DNA of 63,901 bases, filler included, from Octopus bimaculoides (Eukaryota), in NCBI RefSeq assembly GCF_001194135.2. It is 6 parts of 5 records of this genome, joined end to end, with 100 filler letters (N's around TTAATTAATTAA, not from the genome) between each part and the next. Parts side by side here need not be neighbours in the genome. Positions count along the whole stretch, not along the records: positions 10,737 to 40,989 come from NC_068995.1; positions 41,090 to 57,886 come from NC_068981.1; 4 more parts are not named here. The stretch is one strand, 5' to 3'. Under the pieces are notes generated by a model that saw nothing but the letters and a program-made list of their open reading frames with translations, searched no databases and was not told the DNA's origin. Below are positions 38,007 to 51,934 of the stretch, in pieces (positions within the stretch are counted from its first letter, which is position 1; each line of letters starts with the position of its first letter). A program made the translations under genes and the position numbers.

Positions 38007-38928
38007 CTTTGTATAACTTTAATTAAAGAAAATTCTTTAGGTACGGATCTTTCAAAGTAGCTATGTATGTATATATGTATGTATATATCTATATCTATCT
38101 ATGTATACATNNNNNNNNNNNNNNNNNNNNNNNNNNNNNNNNNNNNNNNNNNNNNNNNNNNNNNNNNNNNNNNNNNNNNNNNNNNNNNNNNNNNNNNNNN
38201 NNNNNNNNNNNNNNNNNNNNNNNNNNNNNNNNNNNNNNNNNNNNNNNNNNNNNNNNNNNNNNNNNNNNNNNNNNNNNNNNNNNNNNNNNNNNNNNNNNNN
38301 NNNNNNNNNNNNNNNNNNNNNNNNNNNNNNNNNNNNNNNNNNNNNNNNNNNNNNNNNNNNNNNNNNNNNNNNNNNNNNNNNNNNNNNNNNNNNNNNNNNN
38401 NNNNNNNNNNNNNNNNNNNNNNNNNNNNNNNNNNNNNNNNNNNNNNNNNNNNNNNNNNNNNNNNNNNNNNNNNNNNNNNNNNNNNNNNNNNNNNNNNNNN
38501 NNNNNNNNNNNNNNNNNNNNNNNNNNNNNNNNNNNNNNNNNNNNNNNNNNNNNNNNNNNNNNNNNNNNNNNNNNNNNNNNNNNNNNNNNNNNNNNNNNNN
38601 NNNNNNNNNNNNNNNNNNNNNNNNNNNNNNNNNNNNNNNNNNNNNNNNNNNNNNNNNNNNNNNNNNNNNNNNNNNNNNNNNNNNNNNNNNNNNNNNNNNN
38701 NNNNNNNNNNNNNNNNNNNNNNNNNNNNNNNNNNNNNNNNNNNNNNNNNNNNNNNNNNNNNNNNNNNNNNNNNNNNNNNNNNNNNNNNNNNNNNNNNNNN
38801 NNNNNNNNNNNNNNNNNNNNNNNNNNNNNNNNNNNNNNNNNNNNNNNNNNNNNNNNNNNNNNNNNNNNNNNNNNNNNTATATATATATATATATATATAC
38901 ATGTATATATGTGTATGTATACATACAC

Positions 38929-38982
<54 letters not shown>

Positions 38983-39135
38983 GTATGAGTGTATGTATGT
39001 ATGTATAATCTATATATACATACATATGTACATACATTTATGTGAGTTTAATCATTTGGATCTTGATACGGTCATAAGCAAATGTGCAACCATGCGTAGA
39101 GACGAACATATAAACACAAATATAACTATGTGCAT

Positions 39136-39166
<31 letters not shown>

Positions 39167-39794
39167 TATATATACTTATATATATGTATATGTATAATAT
39201 AAGTACATAGCAACATAAACTCGAGAAAGCAAATAAATATAAATCAAGGCACACAAAATACATCAAGCAATTTTTACGGATATATGCTCCATATTTCACC
39301 ACCATTTTCTCGGACACCAAAGAAGGAAAACTTAATTAAACGACAGACATTTTCCTATGTAAATATTTTAAATTTGCTATAACTATATAACTGGTATTCA
39401 CCTGAAGGATATTAACACATTTTCTTTAATATTTATCTTAATGTTTAGAGTACTTCGCTTTTATGTCTATGCTTCGAAACATCGCATTTTGTCGCACCAA
39501 ACTTTCCTTCAATTATTGCAATGGCGGTGTGAGTTTTTATTGAAAAATATAGGCTTTCCGACACACCATCTCTTTCTTTTAATCTCTGCTCTCAATTCTA
39601 CATATATATGTGTATACATATAAATATATATATATATGTCTATTATATGTATGATATACATATATATGTATGATATATATATATATATATATGTATGATA
39701 TATATATATGTATATATATGTTCTTCTTTAGGAGTTATTTGTAACATGTATTCGTAATCTACATTTAATATTGTACTACGAGAATAACTCGAAC

Positions 39795-39880
39795 AGGTGG
39801 GCATGGCTGTGTGGTTAGAAGCTTACTTCCCAGCCACATGGTTCCGGGTTCTATCCAACTTCGTGGCATCTTCACCAGGA
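39795..39880 (+). mobile_element. SINE family B head
   Basis: ggcatggctgtgtggttagaagctt.cttccca.ccacatggttccgggttc. Confidence 0.7.
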
Positions 39881-40300
39881 TGGTGTAGCGGAGGGATTGT
39901 CAGCGAGTCGGACGGGATGCCTTGCCGTATTTCGTCCAAATGCTTCTGTTTTGAGTTCACATCTCACAGATGTCTATTACTGAATATTTCCTTGTGTGAA
40001 CCGATGATCATGGATCCTCGATAGACCTGAGATGACAGGCTCAGAAACGTGTTGACTGAAAGATCTTACTCGTCACCTCGATGTAAAATAACGAGCGGGG
40101 TTTGCACTAAAGTAGAATAGGAGCAAGGACACAAAATATATGCATTAGAAGAACGATAATATTTTTGTTGACAATACCATTTATTTGGTGCCTAAAAGAG
40201 TTTTTGCTATCCTAATTTTGCTATATTAACATCCCATCTTGTCTGTTTATCAGTTTCCTTTCATTAAAAAGTAAAAACAAAATGAATACAAAGAAATAGA

Positions 40301-40347
<47 letters not shown>

Positions 40348-40950
40348 AAATAAAGCCCTCTGAAAGCCAAGTACAACATGTCTACCCAGCTCTCTTTTAG
40401 CTATGGAGAACATTACGGATTTTTGTTCACCGTTTCATCAGATCTTTTTCCAACTTTTAATTCTGTTTTATCTTCCTATTATGTTAGACTTCTCTTTATT
40501 TATTTTTCCATTTTTTTTTCACTACTATCTTTGCATCTTTGCCTATTTCCTTGTACGTTTTTATTGAAGCTATTAGATATTTTTGTTGTTGTTATTGACG
40601 TTTTGGGTTGATGTCGTTGTAATTGTGTACAGAGGAAACAAAAAAGCAAAAATAACTAACAAAAAAAAACAAATGTTGTACATATCTGAGTACTTTTTAT
40701 TTCATTTGCTAAAGGTTGTTAAGCTGGTCTCTACAAACACAAAGTACGCTGTACAGGGTGTAGACTATTCGACTATATTTCATATATGTATATATATATG
40801 CACGCGCACATACACACACACGAACAAACATGAATCTATCTCTCTGTCTAACTTCTTTTCTTTCTTTCCTTCTGGCTTTCCTTCATTCTTTCATTCTTTC
40901 GTTCTAGCTCTTTCTCATTATATATATGTATGTATATATGTATGTATGTA

Positions 40951-40989
<39 letters not shown>

Positions 40990-41089
40990 NNNNNNNNNNN
41001 NNNNNNNNNNNNNNNNNNNNNNNNNNNNNNNNNTTAATTAATTAANNNNNNNNNNNNNNNNNNNNNNNNNNNNNNNNNNNNNNNNNNNN

Positions 41090-41120
<31 letters not shown>

Positions 41121-41849
41121 GAGAGAGAGATACATAGATATAAATGCATACATACGTGTATCTTCATGTACACCCTCTAAGTGTGTGTGTATATGTGTAC
41201 ATTCTGAGCAAAGCCATAAATCGATCAATCAGTATAGAAAGCAACTTCGAGCGAAATATATCTCCCTTATCTTCATTCAGAGTGGGTGAAACTTGACTGT
41301 AGTAAAGTCCTATATATGTCAAAATTATTGTAACCATACGTAGGATATTTTTTTTAGTTTTGCCTTATCCATTTACCGTCAGTATTTTCCACAGAAGTAC
41401 ATATACACTTTGAAAAACCATTACCAATATTATATATCGAATTTATTTATTTTTTATTAAATAACATATGCTTCCCCACCGGATAGAATTTTGAAAGAAA
41501 GGCGTCCAACTTTTGGATTGATAGCGATGATTACGTGTAATAATGTAATTTGGTACTCATTATAAATATTACGTTAGTATATCCATTATTTTTGTGGAAT
41601 CGTTTTGCATGACCAAAGGCAAAATTGAGAAACGTGGAATCTGAATTTAAACATATGAAGCGAAACACTGGAAAACTTATTTCTACCAATATTAGTTATA
41701 ATTTATCTCTTGAAATATTTTTTCAGCATAAGTTTATTTATACATGTTGCTAAAAGTGAATATGATGTATTAAATTCAAACTTTAATATAATAAAATTTG
41801 ATTGATACTTTGTGTTTTTTCAACATCATATTTTGTTCATAACAAAAGA

Positions 41850-42650
41850 AACATATATAAATGATTACTAGCTGGGATGGTGAACTTCTCACACTAAGTG
41901 CATTCTGTATGAGATTTCACATGAGGAATAAAAATAATTACATTGGTTTTTCACTGAATAGAAACATGTATTGTGGGATTCATACATTTTCCATTGTATT
42001 TATAAAACGAAATGAAATAAGAAAATGGAAATGTGGGATGAGTGTCATCCGGATACAGAGCAAACAACGTAAATTTGTTAGACTATGACACATGGCGTCA
42101 ATTCCAAAAGGATTTAACTTCTATTACTATTAAGAATCTCAATCTCTTAGTTCACTAAAATAAAGGGAATAGGATATTGTGTATGTGCCTCTTCTGAAAT
42201 ACATTAGTTCCTTATTTGAATTGAAGTGGTTTGAAACGGAAATCAAAACCTGATTGTGGACTCGTTTTGACGGGATCTTAGTTTCCATTCAATAACGCAT
42301 GCTACTAGTAATTGCTAAATATTGGTTTCACGTTATTGAATCCATCGAACTATCTAACTATTTTCCTCTGAATTTTCCTATCAGTAATAATTCTAACTAA
42401 TATATTCTGATTCGTACCGACATAACAATTCTCAAATAACGACACATTATTAGTTCGTTTCTTTTCCGTTTCATGCAAATGCTTTAATGACAGAGTGAAA
42501 TTTAGTAATTATTTGTAATGTATTATTAATGCATATTGTATTGTCATGAAACGATATGACAAATAACAAGTGTCCATTGAAACGCATACGAGCGTGCCAC
42601 AATAAATGAAAAATCATTTAAAATATTTGATCTTCACAAATGTATCATAT
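41850..42650 (+). mobile_element. Possible ancient Tc1/mariner relic
   Basis: Weak remnants: SWDG (cf. WSDE), MYCGI (cf. VWCGI), KRIRAC (cf. RRLRAC) in the expected order. Confidence 0.25.
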
Positions 42651-44082
42651 AATGAATGGAATTTGAATTATTAGATCCTTAACAAAAGTAACGGCAAAAT
42701 GTGAGCCTTAATTAGTGATTTGACTCAGAAGTATATATTATAATGTACAGTTCTAAACTATTGTATACAGTATTATAAATATTAAATTTTCGGCACTGAA
42801 AATGTGTATTTACTCTTGAATTATACGTCTCCACTTCTCATAGATTTCCATTTGCCAGAGTCATTTTATTACATTTTAGAACTGTTTTTTATTACTTAGA
42901 TAAGGATCATTACATTTAAATACTCATGGGGGGGTTACTCTTCATTTAAAAGGAGTTGATAATAACTAGACCCATGTAATATATTTATGTGTATCAAATA
43001 AGTGTAAATATAACATATATCAAAAGGCTAAATGCTAAACATAACAGATACGTTTGCATTTATCCGCCATATACATTTTTCTTCATGCCATAAAATATTA
43101 TTTTAATATGTCAGATTTTTAGTTAATCAATTTAAAATACGTTTCTCGAGAAACCAGAATGTATTTCTTAAGGGAAATCAAAATATAATCTGGTTAGAAT
43201 ATTCATAGTATTCATAGGCATGTCATTGAAATATGCAGATACCAAATTCGGAATATAGTAACAAATTCTGCAATTGATGTATAAGTATATCTAAATCATG
43301 TTTACAAAAAGCCGCAAAATGTATACTACAAAATAATTGATAAAATCGATTCTGATGTGTTTTTAAATTTTAAGCGTGAAAGAAACATCATTCCATTGAT
43401 ATTAGTCCTACCACAATGTTTAATTTATTGCCTCTATTTCTAAACAATTGTTCTGATACCATACTTAATCACACATTATATTGATTCTAGACGCAAACAT
43501 GATGTAATTTATCAAATGTTGTTTGTATTTTAAATAAATTTGACGATCATTAACACAATGATCTCCTCTGTAGACACAAGTCCTGGCACTGTACTCATTT
43601 CGGTTTACACTAGTGTATTATTAGCTTATATTTTATTGATCCTCGGCTAGATCAACAAACAAGACAACGCACCGAATTACTGAAGATAAAGAATATCGCG
43701 GTCGTATAATAGAAGCATTGTATGTTATTATACATTTCCTTGTTAGTGTATGAGGCACTTTATTTTCAGTCAAATAGTTTGTTGCTCTCTCTTTCTCCGA
43801 CCCTGCATCCGTATATACTTATATTCATACATAAATAATGCATTTATACATACATACATACATATATACATACATACATACATACATACACACATGCATA
43901 CATACATACATACATAAATACATACATATATATACACATACATACATACATACATACATACATAAATACATATATCTCACGTGATGAAACATCACTTTTA
44001 CTCTCTTATAGATATGGAATTGCAATACTAAACTTAGAACTTTAGAACTTCTCTCGTAAAAGATATCGATAGGTGATATTTC

Positions 44083-45462
44083 GAAGTTTGATATGTTCAA
44101 TAATGGATGGAGGCCATTCCAGATCCTAAGCCGTGACCAAAGTAACAAAGAATGGTTTTAAAGATGTCATTCTCGTGAAATTTACCCACATATTCGATAT
44201 ACAATTACGTCATGCAGAGCAGTAGCTTTTGCTTCAGTGTTAACCTTAGTCGCCTAAGATGTGCAAAAGAAAAAAAATATTGCCTGCATAAATAGAGTTT
44301 TATAATGAGTGAGATTTATTGTCAAGTTACTGGAAATATCGATATTGCATGTATGCCATAATAAATATTTTATATGTGTGTATGTGTTTCTAATGTCATG
44401 TTACTGTGTGTGGTTTGTTGCGCGTATAATTATCTATGCCCGATTTTGTATGCGTGCATGTATATGTATACTTATATTATTTAGTTGCAATTTAAGATAC
44501 GTTATGGGCTACAGAAATATGTGTATTCATGCAGATGCGTATATACATACACACACGAGAGCAAGCCCACGGAATGGGGAAGAAAGAGAAATTGAAAGAG
44601 ACTTTCATACGGAAGAAAACAGTGATTTTTTAACTACATTATTGGGGATTATTCACTAAATTATGTAGCATGTAAACGAAGATATTTACATATGTTTATA
44701 TATTGATACTAGTAAATAGAAGGAAAATACATTGTATTTGATGTATTATTCATGATATACTATATGTTAATGCATGTCTCGGAGAAAATATACAGAGATT
44801 TTAAGTGATATACTTCACTGCATGACTACTTTCAAAAGCTCTTTCTCCTCTTTCTTATCCTCTACATATATGTACACGCAAATACAGGAAAATGTAGAGA
44901 TGTAATTTTATCGTGCTACGGCATTCATTCCTTCAACTACATCCATGATAGGGCATCGCTTTGATATTTTATTTGACCATGTCTACACCATTACCATTCC
45001 ATATATCAGATTGCAAAATGTTTGAATTACGTATGATAAGATCTACTGCGGATTCATTATGTTGTTCTTAGCTTTGACCAGTACATAATCCCACACTCAT
45101 ATACAAATCACCTCGCATATACATGGAAAAGTACGTGTGCTCTCTGTGTTTGCTTCTGTAGTCCAACGTTCTGATATATATATATATATATATATATCTC
45201 ACTCATTATAAAACTCTATATATATATAAATCTCACTCATTATAAAACTCTATTTATGCAGGCAATATTTTTTTTCTTTTGCACATCTTAGGCGACTAAG
45301 GTTAACACTGAAGCAAAAGCTACTGCTCTGCATGACGTAATTGTATATCGAATATGTGGGTAAATTTCACGAGAATGACATCTTTAAAACCATTCTTTGT
45401 TACTTTGGTCACGGCTTAGGATCTGGAATGGCCTCCATCCATTATTGAACATATCAAACTTC
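44083..45462. repeat. Perfect 237-bp inverted duplication (44083-44319 and 45226-45462), spacer 906 bp
   Basis: Base-by-base comparison by eye found no mismatch. Confidence 0.9.
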
Positions 45463-46900
45463 CAGAGGTTCTGTGGCCAGAACCTCTGGAAGGAAACCAT
45501 AGCGTGGGTCATTCCACAGTTGAATCGGCACAGCCAAGAAAAGCGATAGGCGTGAAGAAGCCAAAGATTAAGTAGCCGAAGGCAAATGATGCCTTAAGCT
45601 ATAAAAAATTCGACGACGATTTAGTAAAAATTACCACCAAATTCAAAGGGAACGACGAAAAGAAGCTAGGGGAATTGGCTAATATAATCTATCAGGAATG
45701 AGAGAAAAGATTTGGTCTTGAAACAACAGGGAATTGAGAATCATGTGCAAAGGACGGACCACCGAGGAGAGAAAGATGGATGGTAAAGATACGAGAAGAG
45801 AAGAAACAACTCAGAATCAGATGGAGCGATGCAAAAGAAGAGGAAAGAGAAGGGTCGAAACAGCTATGTGATGAGAATATATTTCCAGTTGGACAGAAAA
45901 GGACGTGAGGCCAGGCCTTCCAATAATGTATATCAGACGGACGAAAGATGGAAGGAATACTGGGAGCTGGCTGCGGATTTGGAAAGATTGTTAATATTTC
46001 CACTCATGAAAACAAAAAAAAAGACTGGACGTATTCCTATGGAAAACAGAACGGAAAATTGGAATTTTGCGAGAGCTGATAGTGCCATCGGAAGACAACA
46101 TGGCTAATGCAGAGCAACGGAATGAGAAGAGGTATGAGATATCAATCGAACAGTGCCCAGAACAGGGATAGACTGCCGTGTATTACCACCTGGTAGTGGG
46201 AGCTAGAGGCCTAATTGAAAGGAAAATGGCTACGTTATTTAAAAGATTTGCATTTTCAAGCTCGGAGCTGAGAAAAGTAATAAGGAGGTAACAGGAGGTA
46301 GTCGACAAAGCCAGCTTCTATATATGGCTGAAGCCAGAAGATACAAAATGGCTTCAAGGCCATACCATGAAAGCCATAACATGAAAGCCATAACATGCCG
46401 ACTAGGAAATAATGTCGCTAGATGAGGTTGGCTGACACTTGAGCAACATCGCTGATTGACAGGTAGGCCAAAGTAGCAATCTCGTTTATAGCGAGCCATA
46501 CTCCTGGTTCGAAGGCTTGTGCCACCAAACAGCTGGTCGTCTCTGGCTAATGGAATTGAAACTAACACAACACTGTTTGAAGGCAGATTTAGAGAGTGTG
46601 TGGGCTAAAACTACGCGGCCTTCCCCTCCATTAGTCAGATGAAGCTGAGACATTGTCACGTGACAGTTGGCTGTACTGGCTGCTGGAATTTAAGGGGGAA
46701 TTTGACAGGATTGTCATTCGCTTGCTGCATCGAAGAAACCAATGAACAAAAGAAAAGGAGAGAAAAAAAACACGCACTCAACACCAGAGCTAAGGACACC
46801 CACGAAGGCCGTTGTGGGGTATGACGTCGAAAATGGTAGGGGAGTAGGGCCCGAAACTGAATGTGGTTCCTCCTGATGTTGTCTTCAGCCACTGGATCCT
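45463..46900 (+). mobile_element. Internally deleted HERO/NeSL-like RLE non-LTR retrotransposon
   Basis: N-terminal-type peptide KPKIK*PKAND..FDDDL..KLGELANIIY..RFG..RRER..EEKKQLR.RW..A.EEEREG is followed directly by RLE peptide WELAADL..L.FP..RLDVFLW..ELIVPSEDNM..VVGARG..KASFYIWLK; no RT between them; the 3' boundary is approximate. Confidence 0.7.
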
Positions 46901-47149
46901 ATAAAGAAGCTGTTGATTAGGAAATTGATAATGTTCTTTGGGCATCATTTATATATTACAACGAACTACAGTACGTGTTATTCAGCTAACATCATTGAAC
47001 GTTGCTGAAAACACTTAAATTGTATGCATTTTTTTCTACATGTATTTCATTTTGTTACCTTTATTTTTCATATGATTCTATCCGTGTCTACGTTTGTTTA
47101 GATCATGGTGTACTATGCAATTAGACACAAATACATACATAGATATGCA

Positions 47150-47180
<31 letters not shown>

Positions 47181-47307
47181 TGTGTGTGCGTGCGTGTGTG
47201 TGTGTGTGTGTTTGTGAACAGTGATGGATTCGAGGGTTTATTTACGAGTTGATTTCTTAATTTCTCCGGAGAGGAAATATCTGTAATGGTGATACACAAA
47301 TTTAAAA

Positions 47308-47338
<31 letters not shown>

Positions 47339-47574
47339 TAATAATAATAATTCAGGTGAGTTAAAAAGCATGGGTAAGCAGCGCTTTGTAAGCCACACTA
47401 TAATTTGCGATACATTTTATCTGCGCGCAGGGTATGCATCGCCAGTCTGATGCATTTTTTATTTTCATCATCATCATCATCATCATCACCAGGAGGAGCA
47501 GCAGCAGCCAGATTTTATTAAAATATACCTTAATTAGTTGTGATATGAATCTGGTGACATATTTTATCATACAT

Positions 47575-48450
47575 GAAAAACCTTTCTTCTAGCGCTTTTG
47601 CAGAGTTTAGTATTTCCATTTCCGTAGATCGGTAATATGTTTTTCAATTCCAATAAATTTCAGAGGCATGCCAACTGCACCAATTACCATAGAAACAGTC
47701 TTCAAATTCGCTTTCCACAGTCTCTCCATTTCTCGGTCTATGTCCTAATTCTTTCACATTTCACAATTTTCTGACATCCATTCACAAGTTTTCACAATTT
47801 TCTGACATCCATTCACAAGTTTTCACAATTTTCTGACATCCATTCACAAGTTTTCACAATTTTCTGACATCCATTCTGAAATCGTTTGTTCCTGCAGCAT
47901 CAATTATATTTCACTTTGTTTTTGTTCTATCTACCATCATATCTAGTGTCTTATTGTTTTTTTTTTAAATATTGTCAGTCTTTTTCTAGAAATCGAATAG
48001 CCAACCTCCATATACCTTTCAAGTCAATGAAAACCTACGGTTTTGCATAACAACGTAATGCATACTTATATATATCGACACAAACATACCTGCGTCTGTA
48101 CTCTTCTCCAGCTAGCTTACTGCACTCCCTTGGGAGATATTTGATACTTTTGTACCCCTTTCCATAGATTCTACGAATGCTAGCGTTATATTTATCTTTG
48201 TTTTATCAAATTCTATATAATGTCGGCTATAATCAACGGTTGAATTTTTTTGTTTCATGTTTAACAATGATTGTACCAGATATATTCAATGCATCACTGA
48301 AACAGTGAAACATAAGTTTAAGATGTTGATATGCTTGAGAATACGTTGTGTTTCTTATTTGGATTGTTCATATTGTTTAAGATTTGTCACATCATCCCTT
48401 CTCTTTTACTTGTAGTTTTTTTCAGTTGTTTTACTGACATCATATCTAAT
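47575..48450 (-). mobile_element. R4/Dong-like RLE LINE 3' fragment
   Basis: Minus strand: ECSKLAGEEYRRR (zinc-knuckle region), IIDAA, EMERLWKANLKTVSMVIGAVG. Confidence 0.65.
47759..47876. repeat. 31-bp tandem repeat, about 3.8 identical units, inside the RLE relic
   Basis: tcacaattttctgacatccattcacaagttt starts at 47761, 47792, 47823, 47854. Confidence 0.95.
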
Positions 48451-49129
48451 GTGTTTTTATATGACTATACAACTGTATGAAACAAATACAACCGACATTG
48501 CACTTAGAGGGTACCAACTGTTTTATATTATGTAACTCCATGATATACGTGACGCGCTATATGTTGGACTACATGTACTTTTGAGATTTTTATTCTCTTT
48601 AGCATTTTGGAATAAGTTCATCATTATAACAGCTAAGAAAATAGCTACGGTCTATACGTGTTAGTCTTACATACCCTGGTTTCGTTTTTTATTTTACATT
48701 TCCTTAATGCACAGTCGATTTACATATCCATTGCAGGTCAGTATTCGTATACAATGCAGAGTATTGAATATTACAAGACAGGAAAGTTATTTTCTTATAT
48801 TACTAATTGGTTGTATTGTGAGATCTATTTGTGATTCATTGAAACATAACATTTTATTTCACTTTCTCGTGAACCTTTTTCGGTATGAAAATGGTTTTAC
48901 AGTAATGGTTGTATACGTAGATTACAACGAGCGTATCGCATTGATTTTCCCCATTCAATTATATCTAAATGTTTCTCGATTTCAATGTTAGGCTTACTTA
49001 ATTTCTGTTTACTATGGAGTAAAGAAGTGTACACCTCCAGTCATTCATCTCTCTCTCTCTCTCTTTCTATATATATATATATATATACATATATTCTTCC
49101 TTGTTAATTAATTCTAAGAATCAGTGTCT

Positions 49130-49720
49130 AAATCTCGTTAAATGTTTTTCCTTCGTGTATAATTGTATTTATAAAGTAGCTTTGATTAAATGTCTCTAAA
49201 TTCCATAAGCCTTTTTTTATATCGTTGGTGGACCGATATACAACTTTTCCTGTTTTCTTTCGCAGAACATGTAACTTAACATATCGAAGTAATGTTTCCT
49301 ATTCTGCACATAACATATGTGACCTTGATGTTTCTTTGAAAAATCTTGCAACTGCTGCCAGATCGTCTCCCTAAAGGGTACAACTTACGTTGTTTTACAA
49401 TCTCATATTGATTATATATTATTTTTGTTGTTTCCATCTTCTCCGACCGCTTTGTTGATTTTTATAGTTCCAATATCCACATCTGTGATATGCCACCACT
49501 AACGTTCGATAATCAATCCAATTCACGTTTTTTTTATCTTATTTCTTCTGCGCCTCAACAAGTTTTCGGTTGACCAATAACTTTTCTTACATCCATACAT
49601 CTCTTTCCGATACACCTTACGTACCTCCGCTGGGATATTATATTTCCCAGATGAGTAGCCTGCGAATATAAAATTATAGCTGTCAAGAGGAGACCTTGCT
49701 GGTAAATAAGTCATCGATTT
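49130..49720 (-). mobile_element. Heavily decayed RTE-like RT region
   Basis: KINKAVGEDG (cf. KxGKAxGxDGI) and STNDI..LMEFR remnants. Confidence 0.35.
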
Positions 49721-51399
49721 GTAGATTTCAAGGTTTCAGAATGTGTTTTATTTTGTTTACTTTACTATACACATTTTTTCTATCTTATAAAAATCTATGT
49801 GGTGAATATGATCGACGACTAATGCATTGGATATTATCGCTATGCTTCATGTGTAGCACGTTTTAAACAGAAATTCAGCACTTTATCAATTTTAGGAGTT
49901 GTTACGTGTCTTAACTGCTTTGGTATGGAGCTTCTGTAGAACAGTCACTACTCATTCCCCATGCACCTATAGTACCGTATAGAATCTTTTAATGCGGCGT
50001 TTTGGGCTTTTTCTGTGTCAGATTTGATAACCAAATTCTGAATGATGTTTTTATTAATATTTAGTTTCATTACAAGTTTCTTGTTAAAAAAGCAAAGATG
50101 TCATTTCATTTCTTCAAATCGTCTTAGCAGAAATGCTTTCGACATTTCAATTGTATCGTACTTAAACTCATTGTAATTTAGACAAGAACGGGAGAATCTA
50201 TTTTGCTTGCAAGTCTGTATGCGTGCATGTATATATGCCTATATCCACGCATCTATGTCTATTGGCATGTACACATATTTACATATGTAATTGTATTTTC
50301 CTGTATAAATACGCGTGTTTTGTCTTACTAACTTGAGAAAGGTTTTATTTGTCCAGCAGGGATGGTCTCTTTTGTATCATCTTTAGCACAGCGTTGTTAT
50401 CTTCATCGGCAAGTGATTTCCACTATTTTCAAACTTTCGTTCGTCCATCCATTGTTATGTCTTGTTTTATTAAGTTTTCAGTTTACTGAGCGTGTTCCGT
50501 AGAATCTTTGCCATCAGCTTTTCATGTTACCAGTGACATCCTCCTGCACATAAGTGAAGTAATTCATAATTTTATCCTCGGAATTACTCTAATTACGAAC
50601 AGCATTACGTCCACATTAAACTGATGTCTCACACTATACTGTGGTGTGATTTTCATGTTTTGAGTTATGGTTGACCTTACCACTGTATTCGAAGAATGCA
50701 ACGGTTAGCTTCCCTTGCTGGCTAACTATGTGCATATCTCTCGCTTAATTTCCCTCATCATTCATTTATTTATTCTGTATTGCAAAAGCCTCACAATCAA
50801 AGCCAGTGCTAATATCCCAGTTACTAAGTGAGAGTACATTCCTTACATATATTGCAACACTTAAAAGCGTTCTGACAAAGAAGTCATACATAAGCATACA
50901 TCTATTCCACTGGGGAATTGTTTTACTACAATCTACCAAAGCTTCCGGGTGTATCCAATGCCATTAGCGAATGGATTTTTTCTAAACATTTCATCCCCAT
51001 TTTTCATATTATTCACGCCATATTTCATCCATGTTAGTAGGTTGTTGTTTTTTTTTCTAGTAAGTAGGTTTTGTTTTCGGTATTACACGTCACTTCCAAA
51101 AGCTATTATTATACTTGTCAAACAACACCACATCGTTTATATTCTGATTTGAGGCAGTTGAAACATATAACGCTGACGTAGACATTTCTCGTACACTTTC
51201 AAGATGTTCAGGTTTGAAAATCAATAGTATTCATTTTATCCAGTAGAATAGGCACTATATGAGTATAATTACTGTGATTCATAATTTCTATGATTCATAT
51301 TTGATTAATTGTGAGTTATATTTCTTGCATAAACCATTCATATTATAGATCCCATTAAAGAATATATATTTCCTTCATGCTAAAACATCTTTCCCATTC

Positions 51400-51900
51400 C
51401 CATGTTTGGTCATCCACAGACATTTTACTAGATCAATCCTTAATTAGACTCATTTTATAACCACGTATGAATATATTGTTCAGGGAAAGGATTAACTTCA
51501 TAAGGTTCATATTATTGGCATATACATCGAAATCCTCAACAAAGATTCCATAAATTAAGATATTGTGCCTGTCTTCTAAGAAACAAATCGTATAATAGTT
51601 AGTGTTCTTCAAGAAAACCACAATGCTACTGAATGTAGTAACTGCTGTGACAAAGAAAGACTCACTCATTGATACATAGCTGTCTCACGCTGTAGCCGAG
51701 CAATAACAACAAATACACTCCCTGAATAGAATGTCAACTTGGCTTTATTCAAGATCCCATCGACCTTCATATTGTTATCTTGTACTTTAGGAAGTCGAAG
51801 GGACTCTATCGTGTGCGAGAACCGAATAGACTGAACTGCAAAAGAATCGCGATTGCGTGACTCTGAAATGTGTTTCAATTTCATCATATCAGAGATAACT
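51400..51900 (-). mobile_element. Possible decayed AP-endonuclease (LINE) fragment
   Basis: RHNILIYG (cf. KHNVLIIGGD); two short ORFs in different frames. Confidence 0.25.
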
Positions 51901-51934
51901 TTTGATAAATCTGATAAAGTCAATTTCTTCGATG

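Noticed and set aside
47759-47876. 31-bp repeats (and the 15-bp and 66-bp arrays) as possible CRISPR arrays
   Set aside because: Contiguous tandem units without unique spacers; eukaryotic context; no cas genes.
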